The translations under genes were made by a program, and so were the position numbers. A stretch of DNA of 64,000 bases from Vicugna vicugna (lineage: Eukaryota), in the NCBI GenBank assembly GCA_013265495.1, contig MU058781.1, positions 12,073,009 to 12,137,008 of the forward strand, read 5' to 3'. The notes beneath the pieces were generated by a model, which saw only the letters and a program-made list of their open reading frames with translations, had not been told where the DNA came from and did no database searches. This document shows positions 42,201 through 55,080 of this stretch, piece by piece (within the stretch, counting starts at the first letter, position 1; the number at the start of each line of letters is the position of its first letter).

Positions 42201-42658
42201 AGGGATGGCCACCCCTAAATGGTGTGCAGAAGACATCAGATGGAACCCCTGGCCAGCACTGCCTTCTTGGGCTCTGTTTCCTGTGCTCTGTGCTGCACCA
42301 GAGTGCAGCTGTGACCAAGGAGGTCAGCTGGGGCAGAGTGGCTACCCGGTGCTCCTCCTTCCTGGCATCTCCCTTTCCTCCCACCCCACCCCCCATCCTC
42401 ACCCTCAAATCCTCAACCACGTCTCTGAGAGGCTCAACCTCTCATAGACTGGGGTTTTTTCTGTTTTCCTGTATTGTGTGTTTTGTTGGTTTAATTTCTG
42501 TCTAGAGTCTTGAAATGTCACTAGAAAGTCACTTCTGAGAAAGTCCACCCCGAACCCTCCCCCTCTTTAGGGCTCCCATATCTTACCCCATTCCTGGTCA
42601 GGCTGCTGGCATCTCCTTGTTCATGGATGATGATGACTTCCTTTCCTTTCTGTTCCAG

Positions 42659-42795
42659 TGTCGAGGAGAAGCTGGGGCCAGCAGGCCCAGGAGTGTCCAG
42701 AACACAAGCAGTGGTCCTCCAGTAAAGATGGCCATCAGGGCAGCAAGTCTAGCGACTCTGGGGAAGAAGCAGAGAAGGAGTTTATTTTTGTGTAA
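42659..42795 (+). CDS. CARMIL1: CARMIL1 terminal exon, coding part (VSRRSWGQQAQ...GEEAEKEFIFV*)
   Basis: ctttcctttctgttccAG|TGTCGAGG...TTTGTG TAA (stop 42793-42795); ends in the known CARMIL1 C-terminus EFIFV. Confidence 0.96.
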
Positions 42796-43665
42796 AGGGA
42801 CCCGGGCTGCAGACATCTTGCTGCACGCAGTGCTTTTGTCAGCCAGTAGAGGGCAACACCGCTTCCTACTCTCTAAGTGTTCTTCTCTGGGTGCTTTGTT
42901 TTCTTTTTCCTTCTTCTTTTGCTTTTTTTTCCCCAAACCCAAAACAGATCCATTTCTTGGTAATCAAAAGTACGTGTGTTTGATCTGCTCCCAACCCTTG
43001 GCATTTGATTTCTCTCCATTCCTTCAACGAATGCCAGCAATCATCCCACGGGCCCTACTTGAATTTCTCTGAGGCAGCTACAGTTTGCCCTGGAAGGTAA
43101 CTGGATACACACTCACAAGTAACACCATCCCGCTGACCGGAGGGTACCACTTCATGTACCTGTGTCAAAGCTGCACTTGATAAAGCAATTTATTCTTGCT
43201 GTATGCAATTGCACATTGTAATTATATTAACAGAGCACACTAATAAGTAACTTGTATAAATTATATATATTAGATCTTGGGTATGGTTTATACCTTCTCC
43301 CATGGGGAACTTCTTCCTTCCTGATGTGGAATTGTACATTTAAACTTGGTCGGTGATCTTTGCAACACCATCAACAAGCGAGTGAAGGACAGTGAGAGGC
43401 CCACACCTGCTTCTACCATGTGCCCAGGTTAATGTAAATAGTTGATGGGAATGAGGTTTTATGAATATTCGTGGTTTTTGAAGGCCTTTAATTTCTGTCT
43501 GCATATTAGCTTTTATGTGTGATTAAGAGAATACTTTGACACCTGTAAAAAAAATTCAAAACACTACTTTTTAAGACATTTCACAAATACTCACTTACAT
43601 TACAGGCTGAAGGTATTTTATTCATATGTATATTTATACCAATAAAATGATTTTACAAGTGGAAT
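42796..43665 (+). other. CARMIL1: CARMIL1 3' UTR (end approximate)
   Basis: Repeat-free sequence after the stop codon, increasingly AU-rich, ending near AATAAA. Confidence 0.75.
43641..43646 (+). terminator. Polyadenylation signal AATAAA
   Basis: First AATAAA I see after the stop codon; TGTA upstream and T/GT-rich sequence downstream. Confidence 0.75.
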
Positions 43666-44298
43666 TTTGACTTTCTATAGTGACTTATTTTAAAGTTAGG
43701 ATTGGCTTGTGGTGGTGAACTTTTTTTCCGAAATCCAGAATAAAATCATAGTTCCCAGATAATCAAAAACCTATTACCTTCCAAGTAAATGCAAATTGCT
43801 AATTCCATTGCCTGCGCTCACCTTTGGGGAAAAGATAAAATCATCAAAAGGTTGTACTGAGTGTCTAGAGAGCCCACTCAGACCAGATGTGGGGGGCCTG
43901 ATGATGGAGTCGGGGCCAGAGTCTCTCAGACTCCCAAGACTCTGAGATGAGCTGAACTACTGCTTGGAGGGGTCTGGGAATCTTCCCATAATACTAAATT
44001 ACACATCGTGACTTTCCTATTTGTGCCACATGCAAGCCCTAAACTGAGAATGAGGCTCTCAGTAATTTAGACCCCCCATCTCAGGTATACTGAACAGGGG
44101 CCAAAAAAATCCAGGAATCACTTTTTTGATTTGAGGATATATCCATTGTGTGGCCAGATTGGGCAGGCTGACAATTCTATTTTGTTTTTTCTTAGCTTAG
44201 CATTGGTTGGCCTGGGTCTACTTAGCACATTGGCCACCAACTGGGCAGGCATGTGTCAGGTGTTGGAAAGTCACATTGCAATTAAAAATGGCTGCTGA

Positions 44299-44396
44299 GG
44301 GGGGAGGGTAGAGCTGGTACAGTATGTGCTTAGCATGCTCGAGGTCCTGGGTTTAATCCCCAGTACCTCCATTAAAAAAAAATTAAATACATAAAC
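44299..44396 (+). mobile_element. tRNA-derived SINE (vic-1-like), 3'-truncated and abutting an L1
   Basis: gggagggtagagc...gtcctgggtttaatccccagtacctccattaaaa. Confidence 0.8.
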
Positions 44397-46673
44397 TATG
44401 AATAGAGACAGAGAATACTATAAAAAGGAAATAGAAACTATAAAGGGGAGCCAATTAAAAATAGAAAACTCAATGGCTGAGATAAAAGCTAAGCTACTAA
44501 GGCTGTCAAAAGCAGACTAGATAATGCAGAGAAATAAATAATTTAGAAGACAGGGTAACAGAACTCACCCAATCAGAACAGCAGACAGAAAAGCAAGCAA
44601 AAACCAATGAAAACAATATAAAGTGTGCCAAGAGATAAAATTGTCATTATATGTGGATGACATGATACTATATATAGAAAACCCTAAGCTCTACACGAAA
44701 ACTACTAGAGCTGATAAAAGAATTCAGCAAGGTAGCAGGACACAAGATTAACATACAGAAATCAGTGGCATTTCTTTACACTAACTTAAATATCAAAAAA
44801 GTAAAGAAACAATCCCTTTTAAAATTGTATCCAAAAAAAAAAAAACTTAGGAATAAACCTGACCACAGAGGTGAAAGACTTATACATGGAGAACTAAAAA
44901 ACACTGATTAAGGAAATTAAAGATGACTTAAAGAAATGGAATGATATACTATGCTTAGATTGGAAGAATCAATATTGTTAAAATGGTCATACTGCCCAAG
45001 GAAATCTACAGATTTAATGCGATCTCTGTCAAATTACCCATGACATTTTTCACAGAACTAGAACAAATGATCCTAAAATTTATATGGAATCACAAAAGAC
45101 CCAGAATTGCCAAAGCAATATTGAAGAAAAAGAACAAAGCTGGAAGAATAACCCTCTCAGACTTAAGACAATAGCACAGAGCTACAGTAATCAGAAACAT
45201 GTGGTACTGGTACAAAACCAGACATACGGATCAATGGAACAGAATAGAGAGAGCACAGAAAGAAACCACAAACTTTTGGTCAATTTATCTTTGACAAAGG
45301 AGGCAAGAACATATAATAAAGACAGTCTCTTCAGCAAATGATATTGGGAAAACTGGATTGCTGCATGTAAATTAATGAAGTTAGAATCCTCCTTCACACC
45401 ATACACAAAAACAAACAAAATGGCTTAAAGACTTAAACATAAGACAAGACACTATAAACCTCCTAGAAGAAAACACAGACAAAACATTCTGACATAAATC
45501 TTAGCAATGTTCTCCTAAGGGCAATCTACTCAGGTAATAGAAATAAAAGCAAAAATAAACAAATGGGACCTAATTACACTTAGAAGCTCTTGCACAGCAA
45601 AGGAAATCGTAAGCAAAACAGAAGGACAACCTACAGAATGGGAGAAAATATTTGCCTATGATATGACTGACAAAGGTTTAATTTCCAGAATATATATACA
45701 GCTCATACAACTTAATAAAAAAAAAATCCAATCCAAAAATGGGCAGGAGACCTAAGCAAGCAATTCTTCAATGAAGATGTACGAATGGCCGACAGACATA
45801 GGAAATAATGCTCAATACCACTAATTATTAGAGAAAAATCAAATCTACAATGAGGTATCACCTCACACCAGTTAGAATGGCCATCATTCAAAAGTCCACA
45901 AACGATAAATGCTACAGAGGGTGTGGAGAAAAGGGAACCCTCCTACACTGCTGGTGGGAATGCAGTTTGGTGCAACCATTATGGAAAACACCATGGAGGT
46001 TCCTCAAAAGACTAAAAATAGACTCATCATATGATCCAGCAATCCCACTTCTGGGTATACATCTGGAGGGAACTCTAATGTAAAAAGATACATGCACCCC
46101 AGTGTTCACAGCAGCACTATACACAATATCCAAGACATGGAAGCAACCTAAATGTCCATCTGACAGATGACTGGATAAAGAAGCAGTGGTATATTTATAC
46201 AATGGAATACTACTCAGCCATAAAAAGAATAAAATAATGCCATTTGCACAACATAGATGGACCTAGAGATTGTCATTCTAAGTGAAGTAAGCCAGAAAGG
46301 GAAAGAAAAATACCATATACCATATTTGGAATCTAAAAGAAAAAAAAGAGGGCACTAATGAACCCATCTACAAAACAGAAACAGATTCAGACAAGGTAAA
46401 CAATCTTATGGTTACCAGGGGAAAGGGGGTGGGAAGGGATAAATTTGGGAGTTTGAGACTTGCAAATGTTAGCCACTATATATAAAGAGGTTAAAAAAAC
46501 AAATTTGTTCTGTATAGCACAGGGAACTATATGCAATATCTTGTAATAACCTTCAAAGAAAAAGAGTATGTAAACGAATATATATATACATGCATGACTG
46601 GGACACTGTGCTGTACACCAGAAACTGACACATTATAACTGACTGTACTTTAATTAAAAAAAAAAAAACAAAA
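44397..46673 (+). mobile_element. L1, internally deleted (ORF1 fragment joined to ORF2 RT to 3' UTR and poly-A); disrupted
   Basis: ttatatgtggatgacatgatactatatatagaaaaccct reads [13 protein letters not shown] (RT catalytic motif region); ORF fragments IYRFNAI and [13 protein letters not shown]; poly-A at 46656-46668. Confidence 0.93.
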
Positions 46674-47402
46674 CCACTCTTCTCTCAGGTCCTCAGAGGA
46701 GGAGAGAGTCAAGTCAGGCTGTTTCCCACTTCTTAGATCAGAGAGTTTAAGGGGACTTTTGACCCTTTGGTGGCTTCATTCACATCGTGGCCTGGCCAGT
46801 CCTGGGAGCCTGTTCTCTGAGTGATCAAGTTATTTTGAGACTGGCTCCTCTCATACCATCCTTGACCCACTACGTGACCTTATCCTCTCCCAAGGCCACC
46901 ATTCCCACCTTCGTGTTGTTCCCCTCATCTCTTGCTTCAGTCCACTCTATTCAGCATCAAAGGATGAGCCCGTGGGCATCAGAAACTCTGCCCAATACCA
47001 ATGATCCGTGAGTGCCCAGTGACCACGTGGCATGCCCAGGAGCAACAAAGTCAAATTTTGTAACCAGAGAGATTTCCAGGACTCACAAGACTTAACTTGC
47101 ACTGGAGATATGGGGCCACAGGTGCCATGCCCTTACATTTCCATAGGGCAGAAACTGATGTTGGCAAAAGGTGGCTGAGCTTGCTCTATCCCATCCCAGA
47201 TACCTTGATGGGACCCTCATTGCCCACCATGGCAAAGGAAAAGCATGACTTTCTCCCTTCCAGGCCAGAGGGCAGGGAGGACCGTTTGCAAACAAGGACA
47301 TGATTTGCTGGCCTGAATTGGTGGGCTCCTGGAGAGTGCCCCCAAGCCAAAGCCAGGCACACTACAAAAGAGACCAGCTCCTCCAGCTGCCACTGATTTT
47401 CA

Positions 47403-47716
47403 AAGTTCTCAACAGGATCCTTAACCTGCAGGTCACAAGCCAGGTAGGATTCAAGGCATCTGTGAGCTTGAATTGTGAAAAATATAAATTTTGATTTTCA
47501 TTAACCTTATTTGCATATTAGCAGATCCTTCAATTATGAACATATACAACATGCCACGGTTGTATTAGCAGCACCTGGGATATTTTCCTATCAGTTTACA
47601 ATCATTGCAGGCATTGCAAAATATCCTTCACATTCATCATGACTCAAAATTAATGGTAGTTATGAGATATCCTGCTAGATTGTGTTATTTAATAAATTGA
47701 CAAAGAAGCACATTCA
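47403..47716. mobile_element. hAT-Charlie element (MER113-like)
   Basis: ccttcaattatgaa...gtattagcagcacctg...atggtagttatgag...ctagattgtgttatttaat. Confidence 0.65.
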
Positions 47717-48138
47717 CTTCTAACAGATTCCTTCCGCTCAGACTACGGACAGAGTGTGAGATGTTTAACGGGCACAATACAGGGAAGATCATGGCCCTTC
47801 GGCAAAACACCAAACAGTAACAGTACTGTTAAATAATAGCACCTCTGCCTGTGGGTTCTGTCCTGGCTCCAGTCCCACACCACCTGTGCACCCTCAGTCC
47901 CCAAAGTGGGTGCTGCATACTGGAAAGGCAGCATCATAGACCACAAGACTAATATAATGCTGCCTTTCTCCAGTAGGGGGCCTGGATTAATTACTTTAGT
48001 GGTCTTAGGTGGGGCCCGTTGAAATCAGTTAAGTCCCTTTCTAATCCTCTTCCCCATGAGGCAGCAAACCCAAACCATGGGGACTTAACTGCCAGTCCCA
48101 GAGCCGTATTATAATGTGCTGCCCTGGGGTAGAACCTG

Positions 48139-48614
48139 TGTCAGGGGCAAAAATAAGTTATTGTCCTGACCAATAGTTGACAACAGTCCATCAGTGGCCA
48201 ATAACTGAACTCAGATGGTCAGGTGGGAAGCCCCATGAAAAGACTGGCAGGACCCCCAGGCAGTGCCACTACTTTCCCGCTGGCGCCATCTGGTTCCCCA
48301 GCTCGGTGGCATTATCTCACTTTTGTGCTTTGGTAAAACAGCTTGCTTCTAGGAAAATGAAACTTACCCCTAACATGCTATTGGTTCCCAAAGCTCACTC
48401 CTGATTGGTCCATCTCTAACACTTCATTTGCATATGGCACAAAAATGGAAACCTAAAACTCTGTAAAAGCCTGTGTAAGCCTACAGACGGGGTCCAGAGC
48501 TTGGAGTGTTAACTCCTCTGGCCTGCCGGAATAATAAACGTGAGTTCTCCAACCCTTCAAGTGTCGCTTGGTCTCTCACAGGGATTCAGGATGCTGTAAC
48601 ACTTTGCTGTAACA
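48139..48614 (+). mobile_element. Solo ERV1-type LTR nested in ERVL internal sequence
   Basis: TG...CA termini (tgtcagggg ... gctgtaaca), two ATTGG boxes, ATTTGCAT, AATAAA near 48533; TSD not clear. Confidence 0.7.
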
Positions 48615-49240
48615 ATGGCACTGACTAGTTGCCCCTAGGTGAACATGGCATAGGCATTGGGACGATCGCTCCTGGGATGTGTCCACATGTTGGGAGAGCA
48701 GATTTCCTCAACTGTCATTTAAGTAATCCACAGTGGGGTTGTAGTCAGGCGAAAATGCTGGCGTATGTCATTTTTATCAGCCCATTCCTGACCATTCATG
48801 GCCAATAAAGTAGATCCCTTGGTCACTATTCATGTCTACGGGGGTCCTGTATGTTGTGCACAGCTGTCCTAGACCCCAGCTGGTGGTTTTTCACATCGCT
48901 GGACGATTCGGGTAGACATTGTGTAATATCTTCCACCTGTTGTAACGCACTGTGGACGGCAAATAGCTGTTCTGTCATGCTCTGTTGTTGCTCTGCCCCC
49001 TTCCATACTTGGGACAAGAGGCCTAAGGGTACTCTCATTATTTTGCCATTGCCACGGGCCCCAACCAAACTCTCCTGGGTAACTGGCCACATCCAATTCA
49101 CAAGCTCGTCCCTGAGTTAGTATCCCTATGGCCTGTGTCTGTAATTGTTTCAGGGTGATAGGTCAGGGATATGCCTTTATCTTGTAGATAATCCAGGTCC
49201 TTGTGTTTGTATTCACCAGCTATCTGTCCCTGTGCAATCA
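48615..49240 (-). mobile_element. Degraded ERVL-class pol/integrase relic (probably continuing at ~47750-48135)
   Basis: Minus-strand frameshifted peptides GPWQWQ..., SDQGIYFIGH, QEWADKNDI..HF..YNPT resemble a class III retroviral integrase core. Confidence 0.7.
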
Positions 49241-51240
49241 GATGAGCCACAAGCATGGGGCTGCTACTTTTAAACTAGAAAGAGATTCTAAGTTAACAAG
49301 ATATCATCAATATAATGGAAAGAAAAAGACATCTCTCATGGCCGACAGCTGCTGCAGGGCCCCACCTGCTAGCCGATGGCCACTTCGGGATCACCAAACT
49401 GCAACTTTCCATTCCCCATTCTTATTTCCCCAGTATCTTGGCACTCATGCCCCAAGCTTTCTGGTTCTCAGCCCTGGAGTGATGAGGGCAGGGGAAGACT
49501 GGCCCTGAGTGAGGAAGTATTGAAGAGTGTGTGTTCTGGGTTGATTTAATTTGCAAATGAAAGGCCCATGCCCAGGCAGACTGTGTTTCTCTAGGAACTG
49601 GCTAGCCCTGGGTGGGGCTGTCCTACCAGTGCCCCAAGATGTCAATGCATCATAATTACAGAAAGTAAAAAGGCAGGATTAATACAGACCCCCCACCCCA
49701 CCCCACCCAGATTCCTGGCTGGAAGAGCAGAGCACTCTGGGGAGAAGATCTGCCCCTGAAGCATTCCTACAAGAGCAAACTGGTGGTCCATTAGCAGAGA
49801 CCTGATCAGGTTGGATGGGCTGGGCCTACAGAGCCAAATGTTCAGGTGAACTAGACCTTCAGGGTCTCTTCCCAGCACCGTGGCCTCTTCCCACCCTTTC
49901 ATAACCCTCGTTCACCTGCTGGGCTAGTGGGTGGGACAGACTCAGCTTGCCTGGATTTGTAGGTTTGAAGGACCTCACAGGCCAGAGGAGAGAAGCAGAA
50001 GGATGGAAAGAGTGCCCCTGAATGTCCTGAGGGAAATCTTACAGTCCAGGAGGGGCTGCTCTGGAGAAGCCTTTGGGATTGAGCCTGGCCAAGTAGGAAA
50101 GCAATCAATTCAGTCTTGTTGCTAAAGTAGCACCCATTCCACAAAGATTGCTTTGCAAATCACTTGTCATGAACAAGCTTTGTAAACCACTTCAACCACT
50201 GAATAGCATTAAAAAAAGAAATGTGTGTCACTAATGAGTCCAATTGGAACAGGGAGGAGGAGATATAAAAAAAAAAAAGCCCTGGATGCATGAACATGAT
50301 AATTGGATTGATTCTTCCTGGAAAGGGCAAGAGGAAGAAACTTCCACTTCATGAAATCCAATTTTATTTAATTGAACAGTGGCCTGAAGTTAGCATTCCA
50401 ATCAATCCTGAAAGGCAAACAAAGCAAGACCCCGAGGTGAACGAGGGGATGTGCGTAGAGCCCAGACTACTGGTACCTCCCTGTTACTAGAACTGATGCA
50501 CAAGGAACCACGACCGTGACCGATACAAGCAAAGCAGCAAGAGCCCGTTGTGCCATGTGGATTTCTTGCAAATTTCACTAGGGCATCCTGCTTCTGAAAT
50601 GCCAAGTGTTCAGGCTACAAGGAGCAGGACTGAGTGACCACTAGCGCGTAGGTGTCCCCTTTGACAGTAGACAAGGCTGGGGCCAGTGTTACTACATACA
50701 TCAAGATTCACTGTGGATTAAGAAGGAATAATGAAATGCATCTTACTGTCTCACTTCCTTCCCCAAGGAAGCCCAGCTCGGGTGAGGACACCTGGAGATT
50801 GGAGGGACCGCCCCCTAGCTACAGCATCAGACGTAGCATTTCCACAACCCAGTCTGTCTCATTGATTCCCAAGGTCATGGAATCTGGCTTCATAGCATAT
50901 TCCCTCCTCTCTTTCCCTGACTCCTAAGAACATCCACAGTACAAGTCCAGCTTCTTGCCACCAGTTATGACTTCTCATTTGGTTAACTTGTTCAGTGTTT
51001 CTTCAGTACCTACTATGCAACAGGACATATAGTCTGGGTGCTCATCTGGTAAGACAGAGTTCCCATCCTTTGGCTCATGGAGCTAACAGTCTAACAGAGG
51101 AAACAGAAAATAAACAACTAAGGAATGCCATAATTCCATCTAGTAAGTGTTCACATAAGTATGACAGTGGATTAGGCAGGGATGGGAGGGAATCTGCACT
51201 TCCTACCCTAATTGCTTTCTATTAATTTATGCTCCCCCGT

Positions 51241-51665
51241 TGTGATGGGCACTGGGAGGTACCATCCAGCTCTCCCTTTAGGAATTAAGAGACTTATTAC
51301 CTCAACTGCCACAGCAGACAACTTCAGTTGTCAGCTCCCTGGGGGACTTGTCTCAGCTAAAAAGAGTCAACGTGCCCCAGGTCACACCCCTTCCCTGGTG
51401 GCTCATTGGGTGGCTGATCAGGGCAGGAGCACGAAGGCTTTGCACCTCACCCCAACTCAGAACAGCTGTAAAAAGTGGTCCCTCTGCAGAATCCTCCAAC
51501 AGAGTGGGCTGAGGCCTTCACTGAGACAGCATCACAGCTCAGCTTCTCTTTCTGCCCAGTCCTGGTGCCTTCCTTCCTTTGATCCCAAGACGACTTCCCA
51601 ATAAACCTCCAACATACCTGTCTCCATCCCAGCATTGGATTTCTGGTGAACCCAATCAGTGACCA
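51241..51665 (+). mobile_element. ERVL LTR (LTR16A-like)
   Basis: tgtgatggg...ccccaggtcacaccccttccc...ctcagcttctctttctgcccagtcctg...AATAAAcctcc. Confidence 0.75.
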
Positions 51666-52544
51666 CTTTGAACAAAATGAATTTGAAGTACTTAAAGAAG
51701 ATATGTTGAACTGACTTAACAGAACACACTTATAGTTTGTATCAAAGATTCACTGGGTAGGCCTCAGAGAGACTCTTAAGACCTCCTGGGACTGTAAGCC
51801 CAGACTCCCTCCGCTGCAAACACCTGCATTCTGTTCTTTCTCCCAGGAGGCCATGAGACTAGAGGAACCTGCTGTTCTCATTCAGCCTCCTGACATTTTC
51901 TGGCCTGAACAATGATGCTCTCTGTGGGGAGGGGCTGCCCCTGCAGCCTTCTAGGAGAGCAAAATGATCTTCCAAGAGCAGAGACTGCATATACTGGGTT
52001 GTCCAGAAGTTCTCTCTCAGCTTCTCCCTGGTGCCACTGCCATCTCTCCTTTCGACCTTGAAGCACTGGCCTGTGATTTCTTCATTAATCATCAACAAAT
52101 GTTTACAGAGTATCTGCTGCATGCCAAACACTAGCCTATGAACGTCCCCTCTCCTTGGAAACCACACCTGGTCTGTCATTATGAGAGCTGTCCAACCTGG
52201 GAGCTGCCCCAGAGAGCTTAAGCCTCTTGGGAACCTTTCCAAGTTGCTCAGGCTGATTAAGGGGCATTGATCCCTTTAGTGTGAGTTTGCTGTTTTGCTT
52301 CTTTCCATTTCATCTTTTTTCCCCTCTCTTATCCACAATAGCTTTCTCTTCCCAGTGGCCTCCCTACCCTCAGTTTTCTTGTTACCTTCTATGCCAATAT
52401 GATGGTCTTAGTACTCAAAAGTTATTGGCATTTATGAACTGTTTCCAGATGTACAATTATCCATAATTTGCAGGTGAAGAAACTGAGAAAGAGAATAGTT
52501 AGGGGGCTTCTGAAATTCCTCCAGAAAAATGACAATAAGAATTG

Positions 52545-52710
52545 TAAACATTGAGTTTCGCAATATACTAAACATCTTACATGCCTTACCCCTGACTCAA
52601 CCCTCCCAACAACCCTGTGAAGTAGATAGCATTATCATCCCCATTTGAAAATGAAGAATTTAAGGCACAGAGAAGTTGAGTAACTTACTCAAGGTCACAC
52701 AGTTTGTGAT
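52545..52710 (-). mobile_element. MIR SINE
   Basis: caacaaccctgtgaagtag...atccccatttg...aggcacagagaagttgagtaacttactcaaggtcacacag core. Confidence 0.8.
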
Positions 52711-54004
52711 CCAGTCTATCGCTAAAAACACTCAGTCTTAAGCACTAAGCTATCCTACCAAGGGGAAGAGCCCATCTCCTGACTTCCAGTCTGGAGCTCT
52801 GGGAGGCAGGGGATGAAGCACTGGGAGTGATGGGAAAGTGCATGGGTGTGTAAGTCCCCAAGTTTGCCCCACTACACTGATATGAATAGGGCACCCTATC
52901 TGTTGCCAGAAAAAAAAAAAAGCCCCTTCTTGTCTGACATTAACTGTACTTCTAAGTGAGCAGAGCCCAGGATCCTCCAGCGTTCCCTCTGCAGCAAGAT
53001 CACACAGGGGAGAGGCAGAGGGAGCAGGGCCCCACTCCAGAAGAGGGGTTATTTCATTACAGTCAGGAGCCACAGGGACCCAGAGCAGCCAATCTGGTAA
53101 AAGCACTGACTGTAGCCTTAATGTCAATCACACGCACAGAAGGGGCACAGATTATTACAACTCCTTCCCCAAGAAAAGTCAAGGAAGTGGCTGGTCCCTT
53201 TAACACATGCAAGTGGCAATCAGAGGAAGCCAGTCCTTCATTTCTTTTCCATCTCCCACCAAGCCTCAGCCTCATTCCTCTTTGTGATCAAGTCCAAACA
53301 GCTGGGGTGGGTGGGTTGGTGCCAAAGCTGTTCAGCCTAGATTGTTTCAAAAAGTGCTTTTTATGAAGATCTGGAGAAAATGTTACAAATACATACCAGG
53401 TCTTAAAAAAAAATAAAGTGCAGTGCATATAGTGTCTCCTCCTGACTTTTCAGACCCACAGTCCCTGGTGATGAAGCGAACAGGAAAGCAAGCAGGAAGG
53501 ACAGCACCATACTGGTGGAGCACCCCAGGCGCCATGGCTCCTGCCCCTTCGTTGGCACAGGGACCATTGCTGGCTAGTCTGTGGGGCTGGGAAGCAGTGG
53601 CTTGGCTTTTCTTTCACATATGGAAAATGTCCAGAGTAAAACTGGGCACTGAGACAACTCAGCGTGCCCAGCTCTGCCACCTGCTCTAAGCACAGCCCCT
53701 GGTTCTGGGCTCTGGGAGCTGCGGATGCAGAGTGGCCAGTCCTTGCCTAGTGGAGCCACTGTGTTGGCTCTTCTTGCTGATGAGGCAGCTGTCTTGGGAT
53801 GGGATGATTTGGGTGCAGAGTCCTGAATACAGAGGGTGTAAGGAAAGGAGGGGGCGGTAGGGAGCAGGGACATAAAGAGAGTTTGGGGGCAGAGATGTGA
53901 TGTGAACTGCGCTTGTCCTACAAGTGGGAGGAGAGATGAGTAGGAAAGCAACATTGGTGGCTCCCCCCAGCCATCCCACCTAACTGCTATTGGACCTAAT
54001 CCAC

Positions 54005-54132
54005 AGATGAGTTTCCTCATCTGGAAATCAGGGGTAATGATCACCTTGCTATCAGAGTTATCATAAAATTAAATCAGAATTTTAAAAAGTGAGCATTGTG
54101 ACCGGCACATAGTAAATACTCAAAAAATAGTA
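54005..54132 (+). mobile_element. MIR SINE fragment
   Basis: agtttcctcatctggaaat...ggcacatagtaaatactcaa. Confidence 0.65.
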
Positions 54133-54282
54133 ACTTCCACTTTAATGATGATGATGGCCATGATGACTACTACTGCACTACGATTAAGAACAGACTATCT
54201 TGAGAGGAGCAGCCCTAGAAGGTCTCAGCCAGACCACAGTCAAACCCATTCCAAAGCCATCTTAGGCGAACTCATGTGATGT

Positions 54283-54720
54283 GTACAATTCAATGGCTTT
54301 ATATATTTTTTTTGTATATTTACAGAGTTGTGACATCCATTACCATAATAAATTTTAGAATATATTCACCCCCCCACCAAAGGAATCCTGCTCTAAATCC
54401 CCAGTCCCCTATCCCCCATCCCTAAGCAACCACTAATCTCCTTTCTGTCTCTGGATTTGCCTGTTCTGGATATTTCATAAAATGAAATCATAATATATTA
54501 TCCTTTGTGACTAACTTCTTTAACATGTTTTCAAAGTTTACCCATGTTGTAGCATGTATTAGTACTTAGCTATTATTTATTGCTGAAATATACCCCACGT
54601 GTAAATATGCTGCGTTTTATTTATTCATTCATTCACTGATAGACATTTGGATTTTTCCCACTTTTTAGCTATTATGAATAATGCTACCATGAACATTTGT
54701 GTACAAGTTTTGCTGCAGAT
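54283..54720 (-). mobile_element. L1MB-like 3' UTR fragment
   Basis: tgtacaattcaatggcttt...gcaaccactaatct...tgaacatttgtgtacaagtttt. Confidence 0.8.
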
Positions 54721-54861
54721 ATTAAGGCTTTTTAAAAATTAAGCACTATATAGAGGAAGGCTAAATTTTCAATGAATTTTATTTCAGGATAGTAAAAAAG
54801 GGCTGTAAAATACTTTTCATAAAAGGGGACTTGGGTCTGATGGGGCTGAAAACTTCTATTT

Positions 54862-55080
54862 TAGTGGAAAGAGAATAAGCTTTGGCTTTAGAAAGACCTG
54901 GATTTGAGCTCCAGCTCTGCTACCCACTGACAGCAATATGAGGAAAGTTACTTAAATGCTCTTAGTCCTGGTTTGCTCATCTCTGAAAACAGGAATCATA
55001 ATATCTACTTCTCAGAACTGCTGGGAGAACTCACGAGACAATGTGAGGAAACAACTAGATGTGGTAGGAATCAGCAAACA
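54862..55080 (+). mobile_element. MIR SINE
   Basis: gctttggc...agacctggatttgagctccagctctgctac...gtttgctcatctctgaaa. Confidence 0.7.

Noticed and set aside
42617..43072. 151-aa ORF overlapping the terminal exon
   Set aside because: It starts in the intron at a non-ATG codon and is out of frame with the CARMIL1 spliced frame; no recognisable product.
44983..46202. RT-like ORFs as an active element or a novel RT system (also 61327-62191)
   Set aside because: Ordinary L1 ORF2 fragments with stops and frameshifts.
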